Under the pieces are notes generated by a model. The model had not been told where the DNA came from and ran no database searches. It worked only from the letters and a program-made list of their open reading frames with translations. This document shows positions 9,786 through 20,053 of a stretch of DNA of 60,457 bases, one piece after another; the first letter of the stretch is position 1, and the number at the start of each line of letters is the position of its first letter. The DNA is taken from contig JBOFEG010000010.1 of the NCBI GenBank assembly GCA_051647685.1, forward strand, positions 1 to 60,457. The letters run 5' to 3'. The position numbers and the translations under genes are program-made. Origin of the DNA: Chlamydiales bacterium (GTDB taxonomy: Bacteria; Chlamydiota; Chlamydiia; Chlamydiales; CALTSX01).

Positions 9786-10763
9786 TAATAATATCCAAGT
9801 AGCCAGGCTTAAATAGATAGTTGTGGTAATAATATCTACAGACATTAAAACAATAGGGCCGGCTGCAACTGTTGCAGATGTCTTACGTTTGTATAGAAAT
9901 ATCGGCATACTAGCACCGATAATACCCGAGATAACTACAGAAATGATGATACCCATGGCAATAATTGGAGCTGCTTTCGTTCCATTTTGCCAAAGCATGG
10001 ATATAATCCCAACGATACAACCACAAGTAAGAGCGAGTAAGAAAAGCAATTTTGTTTCTATAAAGATGCTGTTTAAAAAAAGACGCCAAGATCCACCGTG
10101 TGTTTTCCTCTGTAGGCTTTGGGTCATAGATTGCATGGAAATAGATTCGGAAAGAGCTAGTACTAAAGGAATAAACATAGCTAACACCAAAAATTTTTCA
10201 AGAACTTCTTCAAAAAAGTAAGAAATGGCTGCACACGCGAGTCCGCTAAATATATTACAAAAAATCCATGGCATACGATTTCTATAACTAGCAAAAGAAG
10301 AGAATTTTTTCCCATCTTCTTCTAAATAAAACCCTAGCATGCGAAAAATGTCTCTACGTCTCTTTGCCTGTGCGACATCTAGTTTTTCTTCAAAATAAAT
10401 TTGCACATCGACCACTCCGAGAAACTGTCCTTTGTCATCAACTACTGGAAGGGCTAGTAAATGATGGCATTCTAAAAATTCTAAAGCCTCTTTCAATGTC
10501 TGAGACCCCTTTAAAAATACTACATCCGTATCCATTATATCTGCGATTTTAGAATGAGCCGTAGCGAGTAGTAAAGTTCGAGTTGGAACAATGCCCTCTA
10601 GACGATTTTTATGGTCAACTACGTAGATATAAACTATTTCGTCGGTGATTTTTTTCTTTCTAAGGAGTTGAACAGCTTGCTCTATTGTTTCATCGGAGCG
10701 TACAACAGTGTTTACAGGAACCACATATTCCCGTACGAGCTTTGTTAAATCTTGATTTGCCAT
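9780..10763 (-). CDS. mgtE: Magnesium transporter MgtE (CBS pair plus TM domain)
   Basis: YIYVVD..RLEGIV and LALPVVDDKGQFLGVV CBS domains; RMPW; AAGPIV...D TM motif. Confidence 0.85.
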   Translation of the reverse strand: MANQDLTKLVREYVVPVNTVVRSDETIEQAVQLLRKKKITDEIVYIYVVDHKNRLEGIVPTRTLLLATAHSKIADIMDTDVVFLKGSQTLKEALEFLECHHLLALPVVDDKGQFLGVVDVQIYFEEKLDVAQAKRRRDIFRMLGFYLEEDGKKFSSFASYRNRMPWIFCNIFSGLACAAISYFFEEVLEKFLVLAMFIPLVLALSESISMQSMTQSLQRKTHGGSWRLFLNSIFIETKLLFLLALTCGCIVGIISMLWQNGTKAAPIIAMGIIISVVISGIIGASMPIFLYKRKTSATVAAGPIVLMSVDIITTTIYLSLATWILLS

Positions 10764-10833
10764 GAATTTTTTTGTTAGAAAACCACCACTTGATTAAGAT
10801 TTAACCTACGTTATTATTTAATTAAAGCGCATT

Positions 10834-11598
10834 ATGGAAGATACGTCTTGGGAAAAAGGAGCCTCTTGGTACGATTCGCTCACTACTAGAACTGGACATT
10901 TCTATCATAGCAATCTTATCTTTCCTAAACTTAAACAACTTATACAAATAGAAAAGTCGAAAGACCCATCTGTTTTGGAGATTGGGTGTGGGCAAGGAGC
11001 TTTAGCCAGAGCTTGCTTCAGTACAGTCCCCTACCTCGGTTTGGATAACTCTGAGACTCTACTTATGCTTGCCAGCAAGCATCAAAAAAATTCCCTCCAT
11101 AAATTTGCAATTCAAGATGCTACTCAAGTCTATACTTTGAATCAGAAATTTTCTCATATCATCTTTTTGCTATCTCTACAGAATATGGATAATCAGGAAA
11201 TGGCTCTGAAACAAGCAGCAAATCATATAAGGCCCACTGGCAAATTGATCCTTATTCTCAACCACCCTTGCTTTCGTATTCCACGTCAATCTTCTTGGGA
11301 AGTAGATCTTAAACAAAAAATTCAATATCGACGTCTAAATAAATATTCATCTTCTATGCAAGTGCCGATAGAGATCCATCCCGGAAAAAAAGAAAAAAAT
11401 ATTCTTTGGGCTTTTCACTTATCTCTTGCTCGGTATTTTGAGTATTTAAATAAGGCCGGGCTCGCTGTGAGTGATCTACAAGAATGGTATTCTCCAAAGA
11501 TAAGTAGCGGAAAGAATGCAAAGATGGAAAATAATGCGCGAAAAGAATTTCCTCTATTTTTAACTATTGTAGCTAACCCTTGTCATCAAGTATGTTAG
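10834..11598 (+). CDS. Class I SAM-dependent methyltransferase
   Basis: VLEIGCGQG motif I; LNHPCFRIPRQSSW. Confidence 0.8.
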   Translation: MEDTSWEKGASWYDSLTTRTGHFYHSNLIFPKLKQLIQIEKSKDPSVLEIGCGQGALARACFSTVPYLGLDNSETLLMLASKHQKNSLHKFAIQDATQVYTLNQKFSHIIFLLSLQNMDNQEMALKQAANHIRPTGKLILILNHPCFRIPRQSSWEVDLKQKIQYRRLNKYSSSMQVPIEIHPGKKEKNILWAFHLSLARYFEYLNKAGLAVSDLQEWYSPKISSGKNAKMENNARKEFPLFLTIVANPCHQVC

Positions 11599-11623
11599 AA
11601 AAAAAACTCTTCGGGATGTCTCT

Positions 11624-13450
11624 ATGTGTGGTATTTATGGAATAATTGGAGAAACAGAAACGTGTATTGACGTTTGCTTAGACGGCTTGAAGAATTTAGA
11701 GTATAGGGGTTATGATTCAGCGGGTATTGCTGGATTTTTAGAACAAAACCTGGTCTTTTGTAAGGAAGTTGGGAGACTGGAAAATTTAAAAGAAAAGATG
11801 AGCAGACAAACGATGGGGCTTTCGACTGCTATTGGCCACACTCGCTGGGCAACTCATGGAAAGGTCTCTATTACTAATGCACATCCACATTTTGACAATA
11901 GCAATGCGATAGCTATTGTACACAATGGAATCATAGAAAATTATATTTCTTTAAAAAAAAGATTGCTCTCGCTTGGTTTTATATTTTATTCAGAAACAGA
12001 TTCAGAGGTAATCGCGAATTTAATCGCGCATTATTATAATGGAGACTTTTTATCGGCTATCCAACTTAGCCTACGCGATTTGGAAGGATCTTTTGCTATT
12101 GCTGCTATTCATAAGGATTTTACTGATGGCATAATAGCGGCAAGCCGTGCAAGCCCGCTAGTTATTGGCACAACTACCCATGGGACTTCCTATTTATCTT
12201 CAGATCTACATGCATTTATTGATAAAACGAGCGACGTTCTTTTTCTGCAAGATAATCAAATTATCGTAGCGAGAAAGAACTCGATTTCTTTATACAATAT
12301 GGAAGGAAAACAATTAACTCCCACTTTCCATACCTTGAGAAGTAAGGCACCTCTTTTATCTAAAGGATCTTATCCACATTACATGTTGAAAGAGATTTTT
12401 GATCAACCCGAGGCCATTACTACGATAATAAAATCCCATTGCAAAGGAAATTCTATACAATTCCATGAATTGCCATTTACGAGTAAAGAAATGAGGCAAT
12501 TTCAACGAATTATATTTTTGGGCTGCGGTTCTTCGTGGCATGCAGGCTGCTTGGTAGCTCCCTTTTTTGAAAAACTAACAGGAGTTCCGGTACAATCTGA
12601 AATTTCTTCAGAATTTCGCTATAGAGAAGTTTCTGTTTCCCCCACTACTCTTATTATAGCCATCAGTCAATCTGGAGAAACTGCAGATACAATTGCAGCG
12701 GTGCGCAGTGTAAAAAAACAGGGCGCCTTTATTGTCGGAGTCTGTAATGTAGCTTATTCTACATTAACCCGAGAAGTTCACACTAACTTGCTTTTGGAGG
12801 CTGGACCTGAAATTAGTGTATGTTCAACCAAGGCTTTTACAAGTCAGGTAGCTCTTCTTTTTTTACTGGCACTATATTGTAAAAGAGAAAATTCAGACTC
12901 TGATAATTTTACAGAAGAATTCATCGAGGAATTCTCTCGCGTACCAAAGATAATACTAGAGCTACTACAACAATCGAATCGCATACAAACTATTTCTAGA
13001 AAATATTCTCAGTTCGAAAAATACTTCTTTTTAGGAAGACAATATATGTTTCCAGTCGCTTTAGAGGCTGCTTTAAAATTCAAAGAAATTACCTATGTAA
13101 ATGGAGTAGCTTATCCAGCAGGTGAAATGAAACATGGTCCTTTGGCATTGATTGATAAAAATACCACAGTAATTGGACTTTGTGGAAATAACCACACCTA
13201 TGACAAAATAATCAGCAATATCATGGAAGTTAGCGCCCGAAAAGCTCATGTTCTGCTTATTGCACCTACTGGAAAAAAATTTTATCCCATAGTAGATGAT
13301 CAGTTTCTTTTCCCTAGGTATCTATTTGACGAACTAGCCATATTTCCATATATTATTGTGATGCAATTATTTGCTTATTACGTCGCAGTAGAGCGTGGTT
13401 GCGATATTGATAAACCCAGACATCTAGCTAAATCAGTAACAGTAGAATGA
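11624..13450 (+). CDS. glmS: Glutamine-fructose-6-phosphate transaminase
   Basis: MCGI N-terminus, LEYRGYDSAG, GHTRWATHG, SQSGETADT, C-terminal PRHLAKSVTVE. Confidence 0.97.
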   Translation: MCGIYGIIGETETCIDVCLDGLKNLEYRGYDSAGIAGFLEQNLVFCKEVGRLENLKEKMSRQTMGLSTAIGHTRWATHGKVSITNAHPHFDNSNAIAIVHNGIIENYISLKKRLLSLGFIFYSETDSEVIANLIAHYYNGDFLSAIQLSLRDLEGSFAIAAIHKDFTDGIIAASRASPLVIGTTTHGTSYLSSDLHAFIDKTSDVLFLQDNQIIVARKNSISLYNMEGKQLTPTFHTLRSKAPLLSKGSYPHYMLKEIFDQPEAITTIIKSHCKGNSIQFHELPFTSKEMRQFQRIIFLGCGSSWHAGCLVAPFFEKLTGVPVQSEISSEFRYREVSVSPTTLIIAISQSGETADTIAAVRSVKKQGAFIVGVCNVAYSTLTREVHTNLLLEAGPEISVCSTKAFTSQVALLFLLALYCKRENSDSDNFTEEFIEEFSRVPKIILELLQQSNRIQTISRKYSQFEKYFFLGRQYMFPVALEAALKFKEITYVNGVAYPAGEMKHGPLALIDKNTTVIGLCGNNHTYDKIISNIMEVSARKAHVLLIAPTGKKFYPIVDDQFLFPRYLFDELAIFPYIIVMQLFAYYVAVERGCDIDKPRHLAKSVTVE

Positions 13451-14031
13451 ACAACGCAGAAAAAACGAAAAAGGAACTAGAATCTTCTAATTCAAGCGTA
13501 GAAAAAATATATGACGGAGAACTTATATCTGTCGTAAAACATGTAATATCTCGCCAAAATACTTATGAAAATTCTGATCGACAAATCTATGAATGCGTTG
13601 TGCATCCACAAGCAGTCACCATGGTTCCTCTCACAAATGATGGAAAACTTATTCTTGTTAGGCAATATCGATATTGCATAGATGAAATTTTGCTCGAATT
13701 CCCAGCGGGAAATATCTCTCCCAATGAAGATCCTTTTGTTGCTGCAAATAGGGAATTACAGGAGGAAATTGGATACAAAGCAGAAACACTCATACTACTC
13801 GAAAGTATTTTTTCAAGTCCGGGATTTTCTGATGAATATTTACATATTTTTCTAGCGAAGGATTTAACGCCAAGCCAGTTTATAGCAGAAGATACGTTCG
13901 AGATCGATGTAGTTACTCTCACTCTTGATGAAATGTATAGGAAAATAAAGAACCACGAGATCATAGATGCAAAAACTTTATGTGGCGTGCTTTTATTTGA
14001 TAAGTGGAAAAAAGAGAATCAATTGCAATGA
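13447..14031 (+). CDS. nudF: NUDIX hydrolase, ADP-ribose pyrophosphatase-like
   Basis: LVRQYRY, Nudix box GNISPNEDPFVAANRELQEEIG, SPGFSDE, IIDAKT. Confidence 0.8.
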   Translation: MNNAEKTKKELESSNSSVEKIYDGELISVVKHVISRQNTYENSDRQIYECVVHPQAVTMVPLTNDGKLILVRQYRYCIDEILLEFPAGNISPNEDPFVAANRELQEEIGYKAETLILLESIFSSPGFSDEYLHIFLAKDLTPSQFIAEDTFEIDVVTLTLDEMYRKIKNHEIIDAKTLCGVLLFDKWKKENQLQ

Positions 14032-15497
14032 AAAGAATGTTTTCTATTATTATTGCTATTACAATCTTTGTTGTATTACTAATTATTTCTTTTCCTTATC
14101 TATTGAATTCTTCTATGGGAAAAGAAGCAATCTTATCTAAACTCTCCCAAAATATACACTATTCTCTGGAAGCTGATAAAACCTATTTTTCTTGGTTTGG
14201 ACCTCAGAGATTGGAAAAACTTAACGCAATTTCTTCTAGTGGTGTACAGTACAAATTCCCCGAGCTTTCTTTAGATATGTCTTTATGGGAGTTATACAAG
14301 GAAATACCATCTATTGGTATTACTCGCATTTTTAATCCCACTGTTATAATTCCTCAAGTCAATCAAAAAACTAATAAATCAGGCAAATCACTTGATTCTG
14401 TACTATCCGCTCATAAGAAATGTTCCCAAACCAATTGCTGCAAAGTTTTTGGAGAAGTTCATGTCACTGATGGTAAGGTAATCTTGAGTGAGTTAGAGAG
14501 TTCTTTTGATATACCAAAATTACAATATATATGTAATCCGGATAAAATGACTTTGTATGTAGAGGCAAAACTTCCAAATAGTACGAGTATATCACATGCG
14601 GAGATAGAATATGGTATTCACGCGCAAAATTTTAGACTACAGGCAAGAGATGTTCCATCTAGTCTATTCGACTCTTTCGCGAGTCCTTGGAATGGACTTT
14701 GTATAGAAGAAATTCTCGGCTCCACGGTAAATATTGATGCCAGTGCAGAGTTAATCAATGAATCAGGACCTATATTCGTAAACTTGCATTCTCCAAATGC
14801 ATCTTTAATACAATCGGGAACCTTACATCCCAGGCGTTACTTATTAGATAAGCCACTTTCAATATCTATGAAAGTATCGGAGAAAATAATAGGTTCCATT
14901 TTTCCTAATTCTATATTACAAATTGATGCTATACAAAGGCCAATTACAATTACTATCGGACCGCAAGAAATTTCTTTACCTCTATCCCTCTGTACTGAGA
15001 TTAAGGATGGAGTTATTCACATTGGGAAAGTCACTTGTACAAATAAAGATCTACTTTTTGAAATAGCCGCTCAAATTTTGGGTATCCATGATTCAAAAAT
15101 AGATATTTGGTTTTCTGATATTCCCGTTTGTTATGCTGATGGGATTTTGCGTATATCTCGCTTTGAAATTGTATTACAAAATAAGTATCCAATAGCCATT
15201 TGGGGGAAAATTGATTATTTTCAAAAAAAGGTAAGTCTTACCTTAGCCATTACAGAGAGCACACTTAGAAAAGTATTTGGGATCAAGTACCTTCCTCCCG
15301 ATTATATAATTACTTGTCCCATAAAAGGGAGTTTTGATGATATACAATTAGATATTGGAAAACTCGTAAAAAAATTATCAATATTGCTTGCTAAAGAAAA
15401 AACAAAAAAACAACTGTGGAAAGAAGGAACACATTTTTTTAAAAAACCAAGTACTATCCCTTCTCCTATACAATCGATCCCAGGGGATAACAAATAA
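14028..15497 (+). CDS. Hypothetical protein with N-terminal membrane anchor (AsmA-like)
   Basis: Likely start ATG 14028 overlapping the nudF TGA; N-terminal TM helix, SWFGPQ, beta-rich body. Confidence 0.55.
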   Translation: MKRMFSIIIAITIFVVLLIISFPYLLNSSMGKEAILSKLSQNIHYSLEADKTYFSWFGPQRLEKLNAISSSGVQYKFPELSLDMSLWELYKEIPSIGITRIFNPTVIIPQVNQKTNKSGKSLDSVLSAHKKCSQTNCCKVFGEVHVTDGKVILSELESSFDIPKLQYICNPDKMTLYVEAKLPNSTSISHAEIEYGIHAQNFRLQARDVPSSLFDSFASPWNGLCIEEILGSTVNIDASAELINESGPIFVNLHSPNASLIQSGTLHPRRYLLDKPLSISMKVSEKIIGSIFPNSILQIDAIQRPITITIGPQEISLPLSLCTEIKDGVIHIGKVTCTNKDLLFEIAAQILGIHDSKIDIWFSDIPVCYADGILRISRFEIVLQNKYPIAIWGKIDYFQKKVSLTLAITESTLRKVFGIKYLPPDYIITCPIKGSFDDIQLDIGKLVKKLSILLAKEKTKKQLWKEGTHFFKKPSTIPSPIQSIPGDNK

Positions 15498-15529
15498 GTA
15501 AGCCGGAATGAATTATATCGAGCGTATTT

Positions 15530-15907
15530 ATGTCCTTTTTTGATCCAAATCCCTCAAATGTCATAACAGGTCATATAGCCTGGCATGGCACGCTAAACCA
15601 ATTTATGAGTGAGTTGTTTCTACATGCTCATAAACCAATGTCTTATATATTATGGCAATCAGGGCAAGAGGCTCACTATTTCTTTTCATATGTCGTAGAC
15701 ATATTTACAATATCTCATAAATTGTTTTTGATGGACCCAGTTACTTCGCTTTGGAAATACACGTGCAAACAGACTGTTTATCAAAATAAGAATTTTCAAC
15801 AGATTTTACAATTTATTATGCAAACAAATTTACAAGGCAATTGGGAACCAATTATGCATCCTTCAAAAAAGCCTATATATCTATCGGACTATAAAGAAAT
15901 CTATTAG
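15530..15907 (+). CDS. SH2-domain-like protein (degenerate pTyr pocket)
   Basis: AWHGTLN..SE.FL...SYILWQS...YFFSYV...ISHKLF...FQQILQFIM aligns by eye to the SH2 consensus WFHG.ISR.EAE.LL...FLVRES...Y.LSV...H. Confidence 0.55.
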   Translation: MSFFDPNPSNVITGHIAWHGTLNQFMSELFLHAHKPMSYILWQSGQEAHYFFSYVVDIFTISHKLFLMDPVTSLWKYTCKQTVYQNKNFQQILQFIMQTNLQGNWEPIMHPSKKPIYLSDYKEIY

Positions 15908-15950
15908 ACATTGTTAATAAAGCGTAAACAAATTGATTTTCTAGGAAAGA

Positions 15951-15980
15951 CTCCTATCTTCCCATGGGAAAAGGAGCTTT
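15951..15980. terminator. Possible hairpin terminator between convergent genes
   Basis: CTCCT..TTCCC/GGGAA.AGGAG imperfect stem followed by CTTT. Confidence 0.35.
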
Positions 15981-16004
15981 ATCTTCTACTAAATTAGATC
16001 TTAA

Positions 16005-17402
16005 TTAGGCTACAATGGTTAAAGGAAACTTTGTTTGTTTCTTCTCTTGAGTTTTTGATAATTTCTTTACCACTTGCCCCACTAAATCATATTCTAGCGT
16101 GCCAGAGATAAAAACTTCGTAGTTAGCTCCAAGTTCATCAACAAGTCTTGTATCGTTGATAATTATTTCTCCATCTACTTCTGGTGCTTGCCCCGAGAAC
16201 CTTCCTCTCATTAAATAAGGAGAATCTGGATGATTTCCTTCAATGATTACTGGGAGTGTTAGCCCTATATATTTTTTCATAGTATCTTGCAGAACATGTT
16301 GTTGGGTCTTACTGATAATATCTCGGCGCTCGTTTTTAATTTTTTCAGGAATGTGCAAAGGTAGTTTAGAAGAATAAGAGAGTTCTTCTTTGGAATAGGT
16401 AAAAATTCCTATATGATCTAGGCGTTGCTCTTGTACAAAAGCAACGAGTTCTTGGAACTGCGCCTCTGTTTCACCGGGAAACCCTACCATCAAACTGGTT
16501 CGGATTACGATATGTGGAATAGCTGCTCGCAATTTGCGAATCGTTTGGACAATTTGTTCTTTGTTGGTCTTTCGGTGCATGGCTTTAAGAATTTGATTGT
16601 TGCAATGTTGAATCGGCATATCAATATAGGGACAAATACGTTTATCGCGTGCAATCAATGCAATTAACTCATCCGTAATTTCATCTGGATATAAGTATAG
16701 CAATCGAATCCAAAATGGCTTATCTATTAAAAGTAATTTCTCCAGTAAACTCACGAGGCCACCAGATCGATTTTGATCTTTGCCATAATCTCCTAAATCC
16801 TGAGCAATTAATATGATTTCAAAAACTCCTTGGGCAAGCAAAGCGGAGAATTCTTTTATAATAATTTCCTCTAGTTTGCTCTGTAATTTTCCTTTAATAA
16901 TTGGAATAATGCAAAAAGAGCAGCGTTTTTTGCATCCCTCAGCAATTTTTAGGTACGCGTAATGCTTTGGCGTGGATAGAGTTCTTGGTACTTCTCCAGA
17001 GTAAATATAACTGCGCATATCGCTGATCAATTCTCCCTCTTCTTTTGACTGTAGGGCTTGCAAGATTTGATCTGTATGTCCAGCACCGACAAAGTAATGT
17101 GTTTTTGGAAAATATTTTTCTAGAATATCCTTATGACTTTGTACCATACATCCAGTCACAATAATTTTTGCCCTGGATTTTTTTTGCATAGAGATCTTAG
17201 CGATTGTGTTTAAAGATTCTTCTCTAGAAGCTTGTAGGAAGCTACAGGTGTTAATAATGAAAAAGTCTGCGTGAGAAATAGAATCTATCACTTCATATCC
17301 AGCCTGTAGAACAAGTCCTAACATAATCTCTGTATCGACTAAATTTCTGGCACAACCAAGTGAAATAAAATGGACTTTATTTTGACGAAAAGTAGGTTTC
17401 AT
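16005..17402 (-). CDS. rimO: Ribosomal protein S12 methylthiotransferase
   Basis: SLGCARNLVD, INTCSF, radical SAM CKKRCSFC, WIRLLYLYP, APEVDG TRAM domain. Confidence 0.93.
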   Translation of the reverse strand: MKPTFRQNKVHFISLGCARNLVDTEIMLGLVLQAGYEVIDSISHADFFIINTCSFLQASREESLNTIAKISMQKKSRAKIIVTGCMVQSHKDILEKYFPKTHYFVGAGHTDQILQALQSKEEGELISDMRSYIYSGEVPRTLSTPKHYAYLKIAEGCKKRCSFCIIPIIKGKLQSKLEEIIIKEFSALLAQGVFEIILIAQDLGDYGKDQNRSGGLVSLLEKLLLIDKPFWIRLLYLYPDEITDELIALIARDKRICPYIDMPIQHCNNQILKAMHRKTNKEQIVQTIRKLRAAIPHIVIRTSLMVGFPGETEAQFQELVAFVQEQRLDHIGIFTYSKEELSYSSKLPLHIPEKIKNERRDIISKTQQHVLQDTMKKYIGLTLPVIIEGNHPDSPYLMRGRFSGQAPEVDGEIIINDTRLVDELGANYEVFISGTLEYDLVGQVVKKLSKTQEKKQTKFPLTIVA

Positions 17403-17488
17403 ATCTTCCTCATAAAAGGCAATCTATTGTACGAAAACCCGGAAATTTTTTATACTCAAGAACAGTTTTTTAGAAAAACGATTTCTCT

Positions 17489-18421
17489 ATGATTTCCTAC
17501 ATTCTCAAAAAATTGACTCTGTTGCTTTGTTCATTATTTATCATAGTGACGGCAACTTTCTATCTTATCAAGTCCGTCCCAGGGAATGCTTTTAGCGATA
17601 GTCAACTTTTACCTAAAGAAGTAGTGCAGGATTTAATCGCGCATTATGGCTTTGACCAACCCCTTCATAAACAATATATTCGGTATTTATATAGGCTTTG
17701 CCACTTGGATTTTGGAGCCTCTATTAAATATGAAAATAGGTCCGTTAGCCAGATTATTTTCCAAGGACTTCCAACTTCTATTTCTCTGTCGATATCTGCA
17801 CTTCTATTTGCATTATGCATCGGCATTCCTATAGGTTCTTTTGTTTCTATGTATTCAAATCCATTGAACAAGACTATTTTTCTTATATATACTATTATTG
17901 CAACCTCTCTGCCTAGTTTCATCTTAGCTTTTTTATTGCAGTACCTGTTTGCAATCTATTGGAAAATTTTTCCTGTAGCTCGTTTTGATACTATTGTACA
18001 TATGATCTTGCCAGTGCTATCCCTCGCCTCTTTCCCAGCAGCATTTATTGCCAAACTGACGCACTCCAGTATAGTGCAAACGCTACAGCAACCCTTTATT
18101 ACCACTGCAATTGCAAAAGGACTTCACCCTAAGAGAATTTTTTTATATCACGTATTAAAAAATAGTTTGCTACCCGTGATAGCCTATATTGGGCCTCTAA
18201 GCGCATCTATTTTTCCCGCTAGTTTTGTAATAGAAAGAATTTTTGCTATTCCGGGGCTTGGGAGCTGGCTAATTACCAGCATATCTCATCGGGACTATAT
18301 GGTTGTTCTTGGAATTACTATCTTTTATAGTGCATTATTACTATTCATTATATTTTTTATAGATCTCCTCTATCCACTACTTGATCCAAGGATTTGTATG
18401 CGAGAAAAGAGATATGTCTAA
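17489..18421 (+). CDS. oppB: Oligopeptide ABC transporter permease
   Basis: YGFDQPL..QY..YL, FITTAIAKGL, IERIFAIPGLG, YPLLDPRI. Confidence 0.88.
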   Translation: MISYILKKLTLLLCSLFIIVTATFYLIKSVPGNAFSDSQLLPKEVVQDLIAHYGFDQPLHKQYIRYLYRLCHLDFGASIKYENRSVSQIIFQGLPTSISLSISALLFALCIGIPIGSFVSMYSNPLNKTIFLIYTIIATSLPSFILAFLLQYLFAIYWKIFPVARFDTIVHMILPVLSLASFPAAFIAKLTHSSIVQTLQQPFITTAIAKGLHPKRIFLYHVLKNSLLPVIAYIGPLSASIFPASFVIERIFAIPGLGSWLITSISHRDYMVVLGITIFYSALLLFIIFFIDLLYPLLDPRICMREKRYV

Positions 18422-19247
18422 ACAACCAACCTTACTCTTACAAAATCGTTGCGTAGTATTGGGAGCTACTATTCTTTTTTGCCTCCTGGTAGCTTGTTGC
18501 ACAGTTCCTCTGTTACTGCCACACACCTATTCAAGTACTAATTTGTTGCAAAGAAATCTATCTCCCTCTCTTACACATCTATTTGGAACAGATAATCTCG
18601 GTAGAGATATTTGCGCGCGCGTATTTTATGGAATGAGAATCTCATTATTTATAGGAACTGTTGCGGCAATAATTGATATTACAATTGGAGTTTTATATGG
18701 AATTACTTCTGCTTTCTTGGGTGGAAAAATCGATGAATTTCTTATGCGAGTAGCAGATATCATCCAAGCTATTCCAAGCTTACTACTTGCTATTTTTATC
18801 ACCGTTATTATAGGCAGTAGTATTGGCACTATCATCGTAGCTATTACAATCACTGGATGGATTGCGATGGCTCGAATTATTCGAGGACAGATTCTCTCTT
18901 TGAAAGAACAAGATTTTATAGCAGCAACTATAGCCATTGGAGCCAGTACAACTCGCATTATCTTTCACCATCTCATTCCAAATAGCATTGGAATTATCCT
19001 GACTACTACAACGATGACGATTCCCATTGCTATTTTTACAGAGGCCTTTTTGAGTTTTTTGGGTATAGGCGTACAACTACCTATTGCAAGTCTCGGTACA
19101 ATGGCACATGAAGGAATCTCTACCTTTATTTATTACCCATGGCAACTATTTTTTCCGATGGGAATGATTGTATTAATCATTGCCTCCTTTAATCTACTAG
19201 GGACTGGGTTTAGACAAGTCTGGAATTCTTGCGAGAAGGTGTTATGA
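18414..19247 (+). CDS. oppC: Oligopeptide ABC transporter permease
   Basis: HLFGTDNLGRD, ARIIRGQ, EAFLSFLGIG; start reassigned to ATG 18414. Confidence 0.88.
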   Translation: MSKQPTLLLQNRCVVLGATILFCLLVACCTVPLLLPHTYSSTNLLQRNLSPSLTHLFGTDNLGRDICARVFYGMRISLFIGTVAAIIDITIGVLYGITSAFLGGKIDEFLMRVADIIQAIPSLLLAIFITVIIGSSIGTIIVAITITGWIAMARIIRGQILSLKEQDFIAATIAIGASTTRIIFHHLIPNSIGIILTTTTMTIPIAIFTEAFLSFLGIGVQLPIASLGTMAHEGISTFIYYPWQLFFPMGMIVLIIASFNLLGTGFRQVWNSCEKVL

Positions 19248-20053
19248 ATACCTATTTATTAGAAACGCGTGACCTAACGGTTACTATCAACGATGTAGCT
19301 ATTCTACAATCGATCTCATTTACAATAGAAGCTGGTGAATGCATAGCCTTAATTGGACCCTCTGGATCGGGAAAAAGTATAACGGCTCAAGCACTTCTGC
19401 AACTACTCCCGAGTACTACTAAGTATTCGGGAGAAATTTTATGGAAGAATCAATCAATTATGAGCTATTCAGAAAAACAATTTAGATCGATTCGAGGAAA
19501 AGAGATAGCTGTTATTTTTCAAAATTCAGGTTCTGCTTTAAACCCGACTATGAAAATCGGTTGCCAAATTGCTGAAATATTTAGAGAACATGCGCCTGTT
19601 TTGTTACAGGAACAAATACGAGAGAAAATAATAGAATTACTTGAAGAAGTGGGATTGTCAGAATTGGTATATGGACAATACCCTCACCACTTGAGTGGTG
19701 GTATGCAACAGAGAGTTTGCATAGCAATGGCACTTGCTATGTCTCCTGAACTACTCATTGCCGATGAACCCACTACTGCACTCGACCCTATTTTGCAAAA
19801 ACAAATTCTATGTCTACTCCAAGAGCTTCAAAAAAACCGGTCTATGAGTATTTTATTTATTACACACGACCTACGATTAATTACAAGATTTTGCTCTCGA
19901 GCGCTCATTATAGATAAAGGGCAAATTGTTGAGTCCTCTACCGTTGATGAGTTGTTTTCTAATCCAAGCCACCCAATTACAAAAAAACTGATTCAGTCTA
20001 TACCGACTATACTTAGAAAAACCCCGAGTGAAACTGTTACAACCAATTTATGA
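19244..20053 (+). CDS. oppD: Oligopeptide ABC transporter ATPase
   Basis: GPSGSGKS Walker A, YPHHLSGGMQQR, IADEPTTALD; start ATG 19244. Confidence 0.88.
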   Translation: MNTYLLETRDLTVTINDVAILQSISFTIEAGECIALIGPSGSGKSITAQALLQLLPSTTKYSGEILWKNQSIMSYSEKQFRSIRGKEIAVIFQNSGSALNPTMKIGCQIAEIFREHAPVLLQEQIREKIIELLEEVGLSELVYGQYPHHLSGGMQQRVCIAMALAMSPELLIADEPTTALDPILQKQILCLLQELQKNRSMSILFITHDLRLITRFCSRALIIDKGQIVESSTVDELFSNPSHPITKKLIQSIPTILRKTPSETVTTNL

